Part shown: one piece after another, positions 10,201 through 23,400 of the stretch
Layout: every line of letters begins with the position of its first letter
Numbering within the stretch: position 1 is the stretch's first letter
Origin: Sminthopsis crassicaudata
Lineage: Eukaryota
Assembly (NCBI RefSeq): GCF_048593235.1
Contig: NC_133621.1
Span: 187,943,238-188,007,237, forward strand
Length of the DNA stretch: 64,000 bases
Direction: 5' to 3'
The notes under the pieces: generated by a model
The model's database searches: none
The model's input: the letters and a program-made list of their open reading frames with translations, nothing else
Told to the model about the DNA's origin: nothing
Program-made: the position numbers and the translations under genes

Positions 10201-11844
10201 GAGGTGCCATCCCCTCCTCACCCCCTCAGGGTTCAGTGATTTCATGGTGCCTCGGTACTTTCTCAGGAGGCATTTGAAGTCTTTGAGAAAGGAATGATCT
10301 GTATCAGTGGAAGGGACTCTAGAAGAAGCCCAGAGTTTCTCTCTGAGAAGAAATGCGAAGGCAGGAAGGCTTGTTTGAAGGCCATCAGTCCAGGGAAGCC
10401 TAGTCTAGAAGCCCTCTAACTGCTATGGAATAAGAACAGAAGAGAAGCAAGAGATCTGGAATTGAGTCTGATAATTACTTTGATTTGAAGAGGAATCCCC
10501 CAGTCCCTTTGCACTTTGTCTACAGCTCAGAGACAGGCAGGAAGGGGAGCAGCATGTGGCAGACCTGGCCTGGGGTGGGAAGCCCTCCGGCCTCTCTGCA
10601 GCGAAGGCTTGCACTAGGTAAGTCTCTGGGGTCCCCGACAACCTCACTGGTCCGGGGCTCACAGGAGCCAGCACCGGTTACACCCTCACCCACCTCAGGC
10701 CTGGGAGAAGACAGGCTATTCCGTGGACAACTAGGAGTCAGTGAGTTTCTGAAAAGATAGCTGACACGATCAGTGCCTTCTAAAGGAGGAGAGGCTTTCA
10801 GGAGCAGAGAAGGCTAGTCAGTCTACCTCCAAAGTAACAGTCCAGGGGAGAGGTATAGACAGAAAGACCTCGAGGTTAGTGATTGGCAACAGGTGTGGGC
10901 GGAGCAGGGGGTCAGAGGTGACAGCCGGGAGGAGGTGCTACATTGCTTACTCTGCCGCCAGCCTCTCCCACCTGTGGGGTCCCACCTCCTTCCCCTCCCT
11001 GCCTCCGGGTGCTGAGACCCACCTTTGGAGCCTGTGGGAGAAGAGATCTTGCGGGGCCGGGCACGAATGTCATAGATGATGGGGTACTGGAACCAGGGGA
11101 TCCTGGGGGTGAGGAGGGACGGGAAGAAGCTCGGTCACGGGGCGCTCGCAGAGGGCCTGTCATCCCGCCCCATCCTGGACACCTGCACCCCGGTGATCTC
11201 CCCTCCAGCTCCGGAGAAGGCACAGGAGACCCTCCAAGCAGGCCCGAGGCCCGGCCGCCGCCGCGCGGGCCCCCTCAGCGATCCCTTCGGCACCTGGCGC
11301 CTCCGCGCGCCTTTCTGGGGGCGGGGCAGTGGAAGGCGGAGCGCAGGCGGCTTTGCCCCGGGATAAGCACAGGTTCCAGAGCCCTACATTTGCACAGCCG
11401 CCCCACGACTTACCTGAAGTGCAGTCCTTCCGCGAGGATAGTGTCCTGCTGCACACCCCCAATTCGGTTAAAGAAAATGGCTCTTTGCCCACCTTCCACT
11501 ACAAGGGGAAGGAGAAGGTTGAACGGTATCAACAAAGAAAAGCCTAGGCTGGCCGGTCCCGGGGGGAACGGAGGGAGAGGGGGAGGGCGTGGCGCTGGGC
11601 GGCGGCAGATACACCGCGAGGAGAGGGGCGTGTGGGGGGCGCTCAAGGACAGGTCAAAGTTTTCGGGCGCGAGGGGGCGGGGCACGCTCCACGTGGGGGC
11701 CTTCTCGCCTTTCTCACCAGTAAACACGGACTCTCGGACTCCGTAGGCCACGGCCCCGGCCCCGAGAAGCAGCTTCAGCGCGGTGCCCATGCCTCGGGGC
11801 CCGGCGGGCAGCCGTCCCGCGAAGTCCTTCAGGTTCTGGGCCAT
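7235..11844 (-). CDS. PHB2: Prohibitin-2, 299 aa, 10 coding exons
   Basis: Exons (-): 11718-11844, 11414-11498, 11023-11102, 9055-9239, 8626-8755, 8425-8528, 7919-7996, 7752-7828, 7394-7399, 7235-7262. Sum 900 nt. Translates [30 protein letters not shown]...[16 protein letters not shown], near-identical to human PHB2. All introns are GT-AG except intron 6 (AT-AC). Confidence 0.98.
7394..7399 (-). other. PHB2: 6-nt microexon (AGGAAG), PHB2 exon 9
   Basis: cttcctacag|AGGAAG|gtaagt. Needed to produce the R-G-S junction between ...SFT and DSLIKGKK. Confidence 0.9.
7997..8424 (-). other. PHB2: U12-type (minor spliceosome) AT-AC intron, PHB2 intron 6
   Basis: 5' end AAGATG|ATATCCCC. U12 branch site TCTCCTTAAC at 8017-8008. 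3' end ...GCTTAC|CTTGGGGAA. Joining gives [14 protein letters not shown] in frame. Confidence 0.93.
8077..8371 (-). ncRNA. SCARNA12: Composite box C/D-H/ACA scaRNA, orthologue of SCARNA12 (U89)
   Basis: C box GTGATGA (8365-8359) and D box CTGA (8085-8082), closed by a terminal stem GGCTG/CAGCC. H box AGATCA (8222-8217). GGGCCCC/GGGGCCC hairpin followed by ACA (8145-8143). U5-complementary AAGGCGAA (8354-8347) and GAAATCTT (8269-8262). SCARNA12 is known to be PHB2-intronic. Confidence 0.88.
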
Positions 11845-12298
11845 GTCTGCCTCCTGGCGCCGCGGCGGGGAAGCAGGCCGGCGATGCCAACCGGTTCTCC
11901 CCTGCCCTTCCGCAGTCCCCGGCCCTGGCCCTGGCCGGCGCTACTTCTATCGGGATCCGCACCTCTCACACGAGGCTCCGCTACCTGCTTGCTCCTCCCA
12001 GGAGAAAGGGCACCGGAAGAGCGCTCTCCCCTAAATCGTCCCCCTATTTCCGGAGAGGACACGAACTTGGGTACCGCCTTCGCGTGATCGGAAGTTGCCC
12101 CACCTCCTTCGCGTGGCCCAGTCTTCCGGGGAGCGAACCTCGGCTAAGACATCGTTCTCTCGGTTCGAGTGCCCTCTTCAAAGATGGTAACAGGAAGTCA
12201 CGGAGTCCGGGCGGAAGTTGTCACGTCCCCGCGCCCGGTTCTGGAGAGGTATCCTGGGTAAAGTTTGCGTCATTTCCTATTCTGTGCCCGGTTGCAAG
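11845..12298. promoter_or_regulatory. Bidirectional CpG-island promoter shared by PHB2 and EMG1
   Basis: ATGs are 454 bp apart, head to head. ETS/GABP cores at 12013-12019, 12047-12053, 12089-12095, 12123-12129, 12191-12198 and 12211-12218. YY1 consensus CAAGATGGCGGC at 12295-12306 overlaps the EMG1 ATG. Confidence 0.85.
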
Positions 12299-15200
12299 AT
12301 GGCGGCGCCCAGTGATGGTTTCCAGGCACGTGAACGGCGCATTCGGGAGACTGAGCGAGACTGGGAGGCGGCAGAACCCAAACGGCCCCGTCTCGGAGTG
12401 GGGAGCAAAAGCGGAGGCCGGCGGCTCGTAGTGGTGCTGGAAGGGGCCAGCCTGGAGACCGTCAAGGTATTGTCTAAGAGTGGAAAGAAGGGGAGCTGTG
12501 GAGTAGGACTGTTTTCTGTAGCTGGAGATCTTCCAATGGAGAAGCTCGTGTGGCTCTTTATCCTCTTTCCCTGGGAGCTTTCCCCTCGAGGTGGGGAGGG
12601 GTGGGGTCGTAGAGGCTCATTGTCATGGAAAAAAAGCGGGACTTTCACTGGGATGTAAGCCATTAGGACGGTTTCTGCCTCTCCCTCTTCTCTCCCCTTA
12701 AAGTTTTTAGTCCTGCCCCGAAAACAGCCTTTGTGACCATGGAAAATGTCGCTGGAACTTTCACTGCCACGGGCATTGAAAGGTGACTGAGGGGCCCAGA
12801 TTTCTAAGCGCCCTGGGAATTTCTTTAGACCATGAAGCTCCGCCCCAAAAGTCAGTGGCGTAGAGAAATGAAAACCTTCCCCCGATTTATATTCCTAAAA
12901 CTGGGAATCTGCCCAACCGTCTTTTCTCCTCATACGTCTGTGTTGGTGGAGATGACCGGTGAAGAGGGCCCCGAGTCCTTTTCACATCTGTAAATCAGGC
13001 ATATTTCCCCCATAGATTGCTAACCTCTTGCTGCCTTTTCATTGTAAACACTTGGTAGTCCCCTTTAATTAGAAAGTTAATTTGGATTCCTTGTGCATCA
13101 CCTTCCAACTAACTACTACTTTGGTTTCAGTGAAAAAAACTTGGGCCAGGTAATTGGTTTTGGAGGAACTGGGCTAGATTTCTGGCTCCATTGGGCAAGT
13201 CATTTCTTTTTTTCGGGGGGGGGGGGTCTCATCCAGTTTTTTCCATTACTACAGAGTTCCTTTTATAGATTCAAGTTTATGATCTTGGGCAAAGATTAAA
13301 TGAGATGATGCAAGTCTTGACCACTGCAAACAATATATAAATAAAAAGACTAATCAAGTGTCATTTATAATCCCCTTAGTTATCCAACATTTTTCCACTT
13401 TTCAACCACTTTTCTAAGACTCAAGCTCTCTGCCCCATTCTCTCCCTAAATCACAAGATCTGGTGTATTTTCTCAATTTTCATCCTTCTTGATCTATCTG
13501 CTTCTGCTTCATTCAATACTATTGAGCACTGCTCTTCGGGTAAGTTCTGAGTTCCCTTTTCTTGTCAACCTCTCATAAATTTATTTGTATAACTGGTCAC
13601 AACTATAGGCTTCAGACTTTAGAAGGGAAAATGACTATGTAGTAGGATTTTTCTGCTTGCAGATCTGATTAGGATATTGCTGCTGAAGTATTTTTTTGTT
13701 TGGGACTTGGCAATTGAGGTTGCTTGCCTGGGGTCCCAAAGTGTAGGTGTCTGACCCTAATTTGAACTCAGTCTGAAGGACTCCAAGTGACAGTTCTCTG
13801 CAATATCTAGTGCCTAGCACCCAAGTCTTGCTTCCATTTGAATTGTCTTATGAAGATCACCTGGCAGAACAAGATACCAGGTTCTGAGGTCCTTTTGCAA
13901 ACTAAATTGCTCAGCATTCCAACTCTTACTGCATAAGTCACACATGGCAAATGCTCACAAGGTGGCCAGAAAAAGCAATACAAGGTCTCTTTTAAGAACT
14001 TTAGAATTGATTGTATGACATGGAAGGCAGTGGCATAGGAGTGCCCAGTGTGGTTTGTCCCCATCAGAGAAGATGATGTACAAAGCAGAATTGAATTAGC
14101 TGAGAAGGAACATGAGATGCACAAAGTTAGAGAATCCACCTCAAATGTTCTTAGGGATAATGTGTCCTATTTATAGCAGTGCCTGGTGTGATTGGGTCTC
14201 ACCAGCCAGTTGGGCACATTGCAACTCAGTGTTGTCATTTTGGTGGTCTTTACAGGGTTTGAATGGGTTTTCTGTGTCAGATTTAACCACGAATATTTTG
14301 TTCTAACATAGCATGGAAAGGACAGTGGGCTTTCTGTGATCTATTTTAGCAAATTCTAAGTTATGTTAGGAAAGAACCTCTCAGTATGTCCAGGCAATCA
14401 GCTCCATATTGATGCAAAGACATTTTTCTTTTTTGTTGGTACCTTTAATTTCTAAAACTTTCAGTGACTTTTTTTTTTTTAATATAGCTTTCATTATTCT
14501 GGACACTCGACAGTCCTACATTATATTAGTTTGTGTGGCAATAGGAGAAAAAAGCTATCGACCATTATAAATCACCTAAAAAACAATCAGCTCTCCTTCA
14601 GTGAAGGAGACAAATCTGACAATCAAGTGTGACTTGACTTGGGTTCCTCTCCATTTTCTGACGAGCTGTGCTACTAAATGGATCCTTTTTTTCCCCCCCC
14701 CTCTTGTGGTTTCATCCAACAGATACTTCCCTTATATGAAGGGAATATATCCAAAACTATTTGTTATAGGTGTTTTAATACTTAACAATTTAGAGAGAGT
14801 GCCTAGATTGTGTCCTCATTTTGTAGATGAGGAACTTTGGGAACTCTTCCTTTTTAGTTTCCCAACCACCTCTATCATATATATCATAGGTGACCTCTAT
14901 CATAGGCTAATCTCCCTCATAGGTTTCTCCCTCGTTTACATGAGAAAATTGAAGCCTAGGATAACAAGCCCAAGGTCAAGTTGTTGAGTGGTAGAGCTGG
15001 GATTTTCCATTCTAGATTACAGACTTGCATCTGCCAAATTTAGCAGGTCCCTCTCCTAGCTATTTTATGGCCAGGGGCTTTCACTCCCCTTATTATCTAC
15101 TCAGTAGATTTAAAACATTCATCTTCACTCCTCAAAGCCACATCATCATACTGAAAACAGCAATTGCGTTGTACTTTGTGGGCTTTTGCTTTTGTTGTCT

Positions 15201-16735
15201 CAGATGACACTTGACAGGTGCAGTTAAGAGTTTTAGCCATAGTGAGTTTTTTGAATGTAGGTGTTTGAAATGCATTAACTTAATTATTAAATGCACATGG
15301 GGCTGAATTTAAACATTTTAAAAGATAAGTTATCTTTGCTTCATCCTTTTTGCAAAATTAAATGCAGACTTCTTTGCCTTCCCAGGTAGGAAAAACTTAT
15401 GAGCTGCTCAACTGTGACAAACACAAATCTATACTCTTGAAAAATGGACGGGACCCTGGAGAAGTGAGACCTGACATAGCTCACCAGGTAACTTCAGGGA
15501 CAGGCTATATTATGTATAGAACACTCAAAACTTTACATGTTAAGTACTACTACTGTCTATGCTTCTGATTCCTATTTCTCCCAGAGTTTGTTGATGCTGA
15601 TGGACAGTCCCCTGAACCGTGCTGGTTTGCTTCAGGTTTATATCCATACTCAAAAAAATGTTCTGATTGAAGTGAACCCCCAGACTCGTATTCCTCGGAC
15701 CTTTGACCGCTTCTGTGGCCTCATGGGTGAGTCAGGTTGATTTTCTCTTTGACACAATTCAAGAGGAACTTAGAGGTAAGAGAAGAGATGGAGTGGAACC
15801 TAGCAGGATGGCTAATAATTGGAAACTCACATGGAGTTTCCATGTGAGTTTCCAAAGTGGTTTCCCCTTCTAGCCTCTTGTTTATTCAGATTTGATCAAA
15901 TGATAGATGGGGAGCAGAACCTTTCAGAATCTGACTAGGACTGCAGGAAGGTGTAGCATGCTTTCTTATTAAGAAGTACAAAAGGCAGGAAGGGGAGGGG
16001 GTGGAGGGACATGTCTGCTTTCCTATAAACTGCCATCCTTGCTTGGGGATGCAATTGGAACTATGAGGATGAGGGATGGATTTGAACTCTCCTGTTTTCT
16101 AATAGTTCAGCTCCTGCACAAACTCAGTGTTCGAGCAGCTGATGGCCCCCAGAAACTGTTGAAGGTAAGGACTTGATGATCATTAGTGGTATATAGAGAG
16201 AAGAGAATATCTGGATCATCAGTGATCTTGTTTTCTTAGACTTAACTCTTCTCCTTAGGTGATCAAGAATCCAGTGTCAGACCATTTTCCTGCAGGATGT
16301 ATGAAGATTGGCACTTCCTTTTCTGTCCCTGTTGTCAGTGACATTAAAGAGTTGGCTGCTGGTGGTGACCCTATTGTCTTTGTTGTTGGGGCCTTTGCTC
16401 ATGGATCGGTAAGAGATGCTTCTCTGATTGGCATAAAATGGCAGTATCTGCTGCTTCTTGGGAGTATCGTAGTTGATTTAAAAAGGATTGCTTTTGGCAG
16501 CAATGTTAGAATTGTTTAGGGAAGTCAGTAACAGAAACTGACTCCAGTTACTCCCTTTCTGGTAGACTTTTTTTTGTATAGCAACATTGTTCTTCATGGT
16601 TCTTTTTTCCCCTCTCCCTAGGTCAATGTGGACTACACAGAAAAGATGGTATCCATCAGCAACTATCCTCTTTCTGCTGCTCTTACCTGTGCCAAGCTTA
16701 CCACAGCCTTTGAGGAAGCATGGGGTATCATTTAA
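12299..16735 (+). CDS. EMG1: EMG1/NEP1 18S rRNA pseudouridine N1-methyltransferase, 244 aa, 6 exons
   Basis: Exons (+): 12299-12466, 15386-15487, 15585-15726, 16106-16164, 16259-16408, 16622-16735. Sum 735 nt. [12 protein letters not shown]...[30 protein letters not shown]...[21 protein letters not shown]...AFEEAWGII*. All GT-AG. Confidence 0.98.
13850..14260 (+). mobile_element. RTE LINE 3' fragment in EMG1 intron 1
   Basis: Degenerate translation [13 protein letters not shown]...[23 protein letters not shown] matches RTE ORF C-terminal motifs. Confidence 0.7.
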
Positions 16736-16739
16736 TAGC

Positions 16740-17373
16740 AGATGGCCTTTATGTAAGGCCTTATCAACTTATCAGGACTTTTATCAACTTGAAAGCCATG
16801 GAACTGACTGCTGGACAGTCCTGCTTACAGGATGCTATTGTGCTGAGGAATTAGACTGTTCTTTTCATATACACTTCATAAAAATTTTTTTTTTTTTTAC
16901 AAGATTTGGAATTCCCAATTTTTTGAATGAATCTGTGGGAAAGGACTGAGCAGAAAGCTCAGGAGGGAAAAAAGGCACCCAGGGGCACTAGATGAAAAAC
17001 TGAACAAACAGAAGTGGTTTTATCTGGTACAATTCCAAGGTAGAAAAATGAAGCAGGTAGAACCTGTGTCCCTTCCCTTCCACCAGGAAGTGGCTGTGGT
17101 ATCCGCACGTGTAGAATCATAGTAAATCAGCAAAAAAGAGAACATAGCTGGAAGGGGAGAGATAAGGCAATGTGCATGGGGGAGCCCAAAAGTGAGATGG
17201 GTCCCTCCACACTCCCCTAAGGTTTCTTTCCCCTTAGCTGGCAGAAGAGACTTGCTGGCAGCTGCCATGCCTTCCTTCCCAGTCCCTGGTTTTGTCTTCT
17301 GCATGTTCTCAGGGCAAAGGAGTCCTATGAAAAGGGAGGCAGTAGTTCCTGTACCAGTCCCATTTTAGGCCAC
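16740..17373 (-). other. LPCAT3: LPCAT3 non-coding terminal exon (3'UTR), after a 93-nt intron (17374-17466) that starts 12 nt past the stop codon
   Basis: TAA-TCTGCCTCCCTG|GTAAGT at 17466 and ctcttgcag|GTGGCC at 17373. The left end of the exon is uncertain. Confidence 0.7.
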
Positions 17374-17478
17374 CTGCAAGAGAAAAGAAGGCTGATTAGA
17401 ACAATCCTATCACCAAAGTTCTCATTTAGTAATCTCTGCTGAATGTGTAGTCTCAGGCTCACTTACCAGGGAGGCAGA

Positions 17479-20400
17479 TTACTCTGCTTTCTTTAATTTT
17501 TCTTTTCTTGGCACCATTATTTTGTGAACATAAGGCAATATGAATAGGAGGCTCAGGAAGAAAACATGGCCAAGAAAGTAGACAGACTTGTACACCTGTG
17601 GAGAGATGTAGATCACTGAGACTGAGGGTATGATATAACCTTTGACATTTTTCAAGTCCTGGTTTTTACTTCTTCCTCCTGACAGGCAGTCCCCCCTCAA
17701 CTTACTCTGAACCATTTGTCCCAGGTAAAAAGGCAAAAGGCAGTCATAGAATAACCCATGAAAAGCCAGTGAATGGTCTGCTGCACTAGGTAGAAGATGG
17801 GCTTCAGGGCAGTGATAGATGCCAGCTTGTTCAAGACTGGGCTCTCTGTAATTAAGGTGGCAACCTGGAAGAGACAGACAGGAATGCAAAGTCAACACCT
17901 GGCCCTCATTGCCACCTATTTTTCCAGTCTAGTGTATGTGTCCCACCTGTCTCTCCACAATAACGATGAGGAACTCCATCTGGAAGCAGATCAAGTAGCC
18001 GGAATGCAGCCCATGCCACAGGGCTAAGAAAAGCAGGGACAGGCCCTGAGATACCACTTTGTTCCCAAGGAACTTGAGCCTCTTAAAAAAGTAGCTGGAA
18101 ACAAAAAGGAAAACATGAGTTCCAGGCAAACCAGGACTTTCTGCAACCTCTGCTCCCTCTCATTTCCAAGAATTGGGCTGGTTGCTAGCTCTTTCTTTTG
18201 TACTCCCCAAGGAACAGCAGTGGGGATAAGATGGTAAAATGATTTTCCAGGGTCACATTGTTACCCTGTGCCAGAGCAGAGGACGAAGCCAGCTCTGATC
18301 CCTAGATTGGTGCCCACTCTAGGAAGTCGTGCTGACTCTTGATTTCACCCTCCAGAGGCACACAAATGTATTCCATTTGTAGCTCAGTTTTCAGGCAAGA
18401 AAGATAAAGGATGAAGTAATGACACCCCTGTGGTGCATGTGTGGTTGCTTACCGAGCCACCCAGGCATTGGTGTTGATATTGAAGGAGGCGATGGTGCCA
18501 GTGAATCGCGGTGTGGTCTCAAACAGCCACACTTTCATGTTGGCACAAGCATCCCATAGGGGGTTTCCTTTCTCATCCCAGCCGTTGAAGCCCAGCCCAG
18601 TCAGAATGCATACACCTTCCTGAAGGAAGAATTGCGTCACAGGTAAAAAAATAAGACATATGTCTTCTAGTCCCTTCCAGCTCGGGTTTCCTTCCCTAAC
18701 CCTCTCCCACTCACCGTAACCAACCAACAGGTGACATACTTGTAGAGCACAAACTTGCCCCAAACTAGCATGTAGAGGCATCGGAACCAAAAGGGGCTGT
18801 TCTTTGGGAGAGAGGGAAAACACAAGTTAAAGACAGCCACTCAACAAAACCCCTAGTGCTTGTCTTCTGGACTGACCTGCCCCATTTGGTGATTTTTTGG
18901 TTTGTTTTTGCTAGTCTCTAATGGTTCAATATAGTTTTATTTCCTCATTAACAGGAAGGTGGTCCACAACTCTTCCCCTTCTTCCACTGTTTCCCTGTGT
19001 GCCTCTGAGTATGGGTCAGGTTTTCTGTTGCTTAGATGGAGGGCACAAATTGGGACTTGTCTTTTCCTGTGCCCTTGGACCTCCACAGAAGCCTAGCATT
19101 AAACACCATCAAGACACAGAAAGGGTGCCAGGAGGACTTCCCTGGAGGGGAACAGCTGAGCTTTGAACCATGAACTAGAAGTGGACAAAGTTCTAAGCCC
19201 AGCTTGCCCTGGATACTGAGGTGAGGGGCACCAAAGCAATGGCAGAGTTATCCCTGAAAGTATGATGCACCCATTTGAGAAAATGAGGTCTGGCTAGCCA
19301 GTCACAGCAATGAAAAACCCCATGTTGAGAGAACAGGTGGTCTTCTTCAGGGTACTCACTTTATACTCCTGAGTGAGCAGATAGTCTTCTGTGATATAGG
19401 GACTGAGCAGTGTGTAGCCAACCAGGTAGAAGAGGCCCAAACTCAGACGCTTGAGAGCAGGTAAAATACTGCAGGAGAGAGAAATGAAGTCACATGTAGC
19501 TTCAGTCTTGCAATTTAGTTAACCATAGCATTCCCCACTTAAGTGTAAAGCTGCAAATGTTGGCTTAGTTATCCAAGCTGTCAGCAAATGGATAGTTCTA
19601 CTTAAACTCTGCTAGTTCAAGGAATGCTTGTTTAAAGAAAAACTTGGGGGGGTAGGGGGAAGCATGATGAAGTATGGATTTCTGTGAGGACAATAGTTTG
19701 TATAAAATGTGTGAAAAAGCATTTGCATTTGATTCACTGGACCTATATAAACCAAGTGGAACATCCTGGCACATCTTTACTAATAGCCAATTTTAACAGT
19801 CTATGGGTTGGGTGATAAAGGCCCATGTTTTCCAGCACTTGTTAGTCTTATCATTAGGAAAATCCCTGTATCAGAAGGGACTGCAATCTTAGATGGGTAG
19901 GATACACTTGTTAGCCAAGATCTCTGGGGATAAGATTACCTGTTGGGTTTCTTCCCTGGTACATTAGTCATCTGTCCTTGCACCAGCTTCATGTAATTGT
20001 TCATGGAGAACTGGGGTCCCACCAAAAAGCCCCCATAAAAGTAGGAGAATCCAGCAATTTCCAGCAGGGAAGGGACTTTCAAAATGGCATATTTTTGCTG
20101 CTCAACAGACAACGAATTCTGTGCCAAAGGAAAGAGAATGAGTGTTTCAGGAATAGCCTTGTGAGACTCCCCACAACATAGCTTGATCTCCATTCTGAGC
20201 CCCATTTCTCTAAGATTCCAAAGCATTCACTTCAGCAGGGAGATATCACTTTGTATGTGTGTAACCATGTTTGGGGGAGCTTAGCAATAGCCAGTTCTTT
20301 TTTTCTTTTCCTCCCAGTTGCCCTGTTGTCAGTAACCTCTGGACTTTTGTCAAAAGCTCCAACCTTGGCAAATAAGATCTGCTGATCCTTTCTCAGGTGC

Positions 20401-23400
20401 TATCTGGATCAGAGTGATAACCCTGGCTGTGGAGGATTTCCTGCTCCTGGGATTTGGGGTACAAGTCTTGGTAATATTAGCCTTTTCCCCTCCCACTGGT
20501 TGTTTCCTCAGTCTCCCTATGGAATGTGTATTTACTTACCCAATCTCTCCCTCCATCATAGTAGTCAACAGCCAGACCTGGGCGGAGAGAGAAGGTGGGG
20601 TAAAGCGGAGGGGGAGGGGGAAGCACTGAATGTGTAGCTCAAGGACTGAATGTGGGTGGGAAGTGCACAATCCTAAGAAGGTAGGGGAGAAAACAGTCTC
20701 TTGTGGGTTGACAGGGGAGGAGCCTAATATAGGTATAGGAAATGGACAAAAAGAATTAAAGCCATTATCACTTACCGATCAATTTCAAGGTCAAGACGCA
20801 GTGTGGCATTGTCCACTTGATGTCATAATTGTCTGTGGCTGTGTAATAATAACCAGCAAGAAGGTAGGCCTGCCAGAGGGAACAATAATTCATTTAACTA
20901 TCATCTTGGATTTACCTATTCTTTTTCTGTTCCTTTCTGGAGAAAGAAAGAAATTTGCTCTAGGTCACCCATATGTTTGTGACTAGATTTTAGCTTCTGC
21001 TTTTCATTTTCCCCTACTCTCAGAACAAGAGCAAAAATGTGTTTCTTTCCTAGGGCTTATCTAGTTACAGAATTCTAGAATGTGCAGTTTCAAGGGGACT
21101 CCAGGTCTAGCTCCCTACCTTCAGGAAAGGGCAATGATTATTGCCCTTTACATCTGAGTACCACACAGCTAGTGTAAACAGAAAAAGAAACCCAGGTCTC
21201 CTTCTCAGTGCAATGTATCAGCACAACATTCTTCCCATGAGAACATTAAGTGAGAACTGTGGAATGAAAAGAAAAAATTACTTACCATCTGGAAGATGAA
21301 GGTGGTCAAGACAGCAGTTATAGTGCGGCCCATCAGCCGAAGAATGAGGAACTGTAGCACCACACATGTCAGAGAGTGGTAGAGCTGGTTTCCTAAATGG
21401 AGGTGAGAGAATAGGAATCCTAGAATGTATCTGCAGGGTTCACATCCATCCTGAAAATCTGAATCTGAGAAGCTATTGGGTACAACATCATTCTGATACT
21501 GGATTGTTGTAGAATGCTATTTTTGATTTTTCATTGGCCATGAGGAATTTAGGCTGGATAAATGTTATTCAAAGACTGATAGCTCATTGAAGTATAAAAA
21601 TGTAGCACAGTTGAGAATCTATCCTGTCCAGCAGGGCCTATTAAATGGTTTCTACTTTTTAGTCTGAAAAACTTTTACATGACTGCAGAGATATGGGTGT
21701 ATAAAATAGGTATACAAGCATATATAAGCATTTGTTGATAATAAATCATGATTTCACAATCCCCACACTCAGTTATGAGACCCTTTATGGGGTTGGGGAA
21801 CCACAATTTAAGATGCTGGGCAAACAGATCAACCAACTGAGGCACAGTGGGAAGTAACTTGCTAAACTTGGATTGTTGTTTTCAGATGGTTAGTTGTGCC
21901 ACTAAATGGTTTGGGATCAGAGGATCCTGTTTAAATCCCTCCTCTTACAGATGGAATGATCTTTGGCTTCAGTTTTGAGGGAAAAACTGAAAGTTGGCTG
22001 TATTAAGCTAAGGGAGTAGACCTCTCTGAGTGCCATCTATTCACATTCAAGATTTCTTTAGGGCCAAAGGAAGAATCTAACTTCTGTTTCTGTTGATGAG
22101 GTAAAGCTGAAGGAAATATTCAGGTTTTTTTTTTTTTTTTTTTTTGGGCAAACAATAGAGGGGAAAAAATGGGATGATTAGCCATTTTGAAGCAAAAGGA
22201 GGAATCCATATTCTCTTCTACACAAACATTGGATTTGTCAAGATAATTATTGTTTTGCATGACTTCACATGTGCCTTCTCAATGGGGGTAGATGGGGGAA
22301 GAGAGAAAAGGAGAGAATCGGGAACGAACTTTTAAAATCAAATGTTTAAAAAAAATTTGTTTTACATGTAACTGGGAAAAATAAAATAAAATATTGAATA
22401 AATGTTTTGGTTTGTTTTTGTTTTTATTAAAGCTTTTTCTTTTGGGCTTTTTCTTTTTGAAAAGAAAAATAAATTTATTATTATGTTATGGAAATCTGCT
22501 TAAGCTGGTGACAGCTTCTTGTCTTTTTCTTCTATTTAGCTACTCTTTTCTATATGTACTATTTTGTTTGGCGATCTTATCAGCTCCCCCCCTGAATTCA
22601 ATTATAATCTTTATTCAGGTGATCATCAAAGCTATTTATCCAGCCCCAACCACCAGTCAATCTCACAACTGCTTATTGAAATCTTGAACCAAATGTCTTT
22701 ATCCACTAAAGCCTCCTTAAAGTGCTTTGTTTATATTCCTCTTTCATTTCCCAAATTCTTTTTATAAGGTAATATTTTACAAATGAGGATACTATCTTAG
22801 TTCTCTCAGAACACTTACCAAAGTTAAAATAGGCAATTGAGAGGCCTGTAACAATATGGAAGAGATGGATGAGGTAGCTATCCTTGTAGAAAAGGAACTG
22901 TCGATAAAACAAGGCAAAGGGGTATCCTGGAGAGAAAAAGAGATGAAAAGATTACTACCACAACAATCCAGGAACCATTCCAAGGTTTTGCTAGATAAAT
23001 TTCTCTGGCATGATACTTCTAGCATAAAAAACTTTGATAATACATATACAAGTATTGATGCTAAGGATAGAAACAAGATGCCAGAAAATAAATTTTAATA
23101 TAAAACGTTTTAGCAGAGAATTAATTTCAGAGTGTTATCAACTTGGACCTTGAGAAAAGTTTCATGCAGACCCACTTGAGTATCTTAAGGCTTTTTAAAA
23201 TTTTTTTTTCTAAATGGTATAATTCCCAAATATGTACCATATGTAAGCACCATGCTTCAGTCAGTGTTTCATGTATCATGGTAGTACGAGTCACATTAGT
23301 TATATGTGTGAGGGAAAAAAAAAAAAAAAAAAAAAAAGCCCTATCTTGGCACAAACGATTTTATACACATATACAAAATAGAAGCAAAACATTTTTCCTC

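Noticed and set aside
10943-11746. 267-aa + ORF antisense to PHB2 exons 1-3
   Set aside because: Shadow ORF of a CpG island and coding exons, with low-complexity composition.
12184-12261. Possible 25-codon uORF upstream of EMG1
   Set aside because: The ATG lies among promoter ETS sites, probably upstream of the TSS. It cannot be placed in the mRNA without CAGE.
12467-12474. GTATTG donors (EMG1 intron 1; also C1S at 62202) as possible U12 introns
   Set aside because: They lack the RTATCC core and have ordinary polypyrimidine-AG acceptors without a U12 branch site.
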